64,000 bases of DNA, taken from the NCBI RefSeq assembly GCF_964188315.1, contig NC_135658.1, forward strand, positions 47,182,001-47,246,000, read 5' to 3'. The DNA is from Podarcis muralis (Eukaryota). Shown here in pieces: positions 61,352-64,000 of the stretch. Made by a program: the position numbers and the translations under genes. The notes under the pieces are model-generated. The model saw only the letters and a list, made by a program, of their open reading frames with translations. It did no database searches and was not told where the DNA came from. Every line of letters begins with the position of its first letter. Position 1 is the first letter of the stretch.

Positions 61352-64000
61352 AAATGTGGACAGGATGACATCCGCTAACATACATTTAATTCTCTCACTG
61401 AAAACAAACTTGCTTAAACTGACTGCATTTTGCCTCTGATAAATATATCTAAATATGTTTGGGTAGATGTTGGTTCATTGTATCAGAATTCTATATCTAG
61501 CTGTTCTTTGAATCTCAGAAGCTAATAAAATATGTTCACATTAAAAGATGTTGAACTGTTTTAAAACTGTGGGGTGTTTTATATACTCACTTCTTATTTT
61601 TTTATCATTACATTCTTTAAGCCTGGCAGAAATGTAATGTTAGTCAATGACAAACTGAGCTCTGCCTATGAAAAATGAATGGTTTCAATTTGATTTTTAA
61701 ATTGCATTTCAATATGGTCCACACTGCATATCACTTTACAGAACTTGAAATGCAGCGAAGCACAGCATTTCCCATCAACCAAGCCAAGAACACATCTTAT
61801 GAACTGTATAATGGTATTTCACAGCATATCCAACGATAGGGAACTAACTATTTCCACTTGTGGGAAACAGGATTACTTTCTCCTGGATTACAATCTTCCT
61901 TTGTTGATTTCAGGCCCCAGGCAGAGGTGGCAAAGGGTTCTTCCCCAGCCACAAGGTCTCTGTATTATCTGAGGCTCACTTAGCTGCAAGCAAAGCAGGT
62001 GCACAGATGTTCACAACAGGAATAGATTTCTCTTCTTTATTTATCATTAAAACCTAAATTAAAAAGTTGGGCCAAAGGAAACATAATTGCATAGGTAAGC
62101 ATATGGTTGAAAAGCTGTATGCAAAAATAGTTATCTTTTTCATCACTGTAAAACTGCAGACATGTACCATGTGGTATCCTCCCAGCAATCTCTTGTAGAT
62201 CATCATTTTTATAAATTACTTTTAATCAGGACCAATGAGCGTACATGCAAATTAAAGGCAGGCAGCCTGTACCAAACCAATAATAATGTCTCAGAACTTT
62301 CAGTGCACAGATCATTTCTTCTGTTCCTCTAAGAGGCAGCTGCAGTAAATGCAAGTGCAGGAAAACTGAGTTATAGAGTCAGTTTTATTTCATGATGGCC
62401 AAATGGAAATATGATGTTCTTTGACACTTATTGCACTTTAAATTTTAAGTGCATACATGTGCATTATTAACCTTACTTTTTGTTACAAGCATGGTTGCAT
62501 AATCAGAACGCCTGGAAGACCACACACAGATTTTAGAACCACAACAGAAATAATGGCATAAGAAACTGCAGATTGCTACTTTTTGTGTTTTCATTTTTTC
62601 TTAGCACAGTAATGTGCCTTCTGTTTGTGCATGTTGTGGCACTCGTTGCAAAGGCATCAGCACTATCTCAGTGCTATTATTCTGAGTGCCCCTTTCCTTC
62701 TTCTCCTTCACCCTCATCATTCTCCAATCCCAAATAATCTTATTGGCTGTGATTTTGTTGATGCCCCATTAGAAGTGATGACAACATGGTTAAGTGTAAA
62801 CAAAATGGTAGTGTAGGCCAAGGAGGCCAAGGTCAAAGCATAAGGAGACTGCAGGGCATAAATTTTGCTGCATAAATTGAAGGACAAGATGGTGACCATT
62901 CCCAGTTCCATGTAAAGAAGCCAGCTGGGGTGCCAGCAGTCCCAAATTTAGGGCAGTGCGGGAAGTTCCCCTGCACAGGGTGCTGAGCCAAGAGGGCGCA
63001 AAATTGAAAAGGCCTATAATTCAGAAGATCCATTTGGGGGTGCCAAATTCTGCCTTGCACAGGACACCAAGTTACAAAATTTTATAAAAGTCCACCCCTG
63101 CTGCCAGCTGAATCTGACTTCAACATTGGTGACAGGATAGCATCTTCAACCACACCCAAGGCAGCAGTCCAGATTAGAGGCCCCTGGGAATAGCTGGAGG
63201 CTCAGGAGGAACAGCCAGGAGCTACTGCTGCTCCTGGACACCTACTGCCTCAGACAGTTGTCTCACTTTGCCTAATGGTAGAGCTAGTCCAAGGAAATTG
63301 GCAACGCAGAGATGATTCAGAAAAGACAGCAAAGGGACACAGAAACATGAAACCAATATACATGTTCAGTGAGATGAGCATTTGAGGAGGCTTAATTTAT
63401 TCAGTAGCATCTTTCTTTCCTTTCCTTTCCTTCTCTCTTTTATCCAGCATGTGTCATATGGTTATTTATGTTGGTGTTTTTTTCAAAACTCCCAAATTCT
63501 CCTACACATTCAAGGTACGAATTGTTGTAAGAAAGTCTTAGAAAGTACAGAAGGAGTAAGGTAATAATGATAAGTACATTCATCACGAGAAAGGTTATAT
63601 GCATCGGGAAATGATAGGAAGTCTATTCTATGTTAGCAAAAAGAGGAAAAAAGAGATTGCATAAATTTAATTTAAATTTAATTTTTGTAAACATATATAA
63701 GATTATTAGTACACAATTGTTTTCATCTTGGTATATTGTGTATGTTATCTATGAATTTCAATAAATTATACTGGGGGGGGGGGAGACAAATTCTCCACAA
63801 TCTGGATAGTTTAAACAAAATTTCATATAGTTTATAATAGTTCAACTACTTTTTTAAAAAAAGTAAAATACAGCAGGAATTGTCTATCCATATGTCAGGG
63901 CAGTCGGACAAATTCATTTAGCAGTAAGCATGCTCTCTCTTTCTCTCTCTGTTACTTGAAGGAAGAATAAATTAAGTTCCATCAGTCAGCTATTCGCTCA

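Overview
This is AT-rich vertebrate genomic DNA, mostly intronic or intergenic. The repeat content (Sauria/Squam1 SINEs, MIR-derived Squam3-like SINEs, BovB, CR1, L2, L1, RTE, and many hAT, Tc2 and Tigger-like MITEs) points to a squamate, probably a lacertid lizard (inference). I found no rRNA, true tRNA gene, CRISPR array or intact transposase/RT gene. The only proteins I can recognise are decayed LINE ORF2 remnants. I could not recognise a host gene. Several phase-compatible + strand exon candidates exist (11104-29243, plus a few later ones), but they could be pseudo-exons and are given low confidence. The most distinctive structures are: a 99-bp double-hairpin tandem array inside a Tc2-type MITE; a hAT MITE carrying CpG-rich, 5'UTR-like cargo with its own splice signals; an array of five CCGTACGG-type palindromes; and several datable nested insertions. 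All family names come from my recall of consensus sequences, not from a database search.
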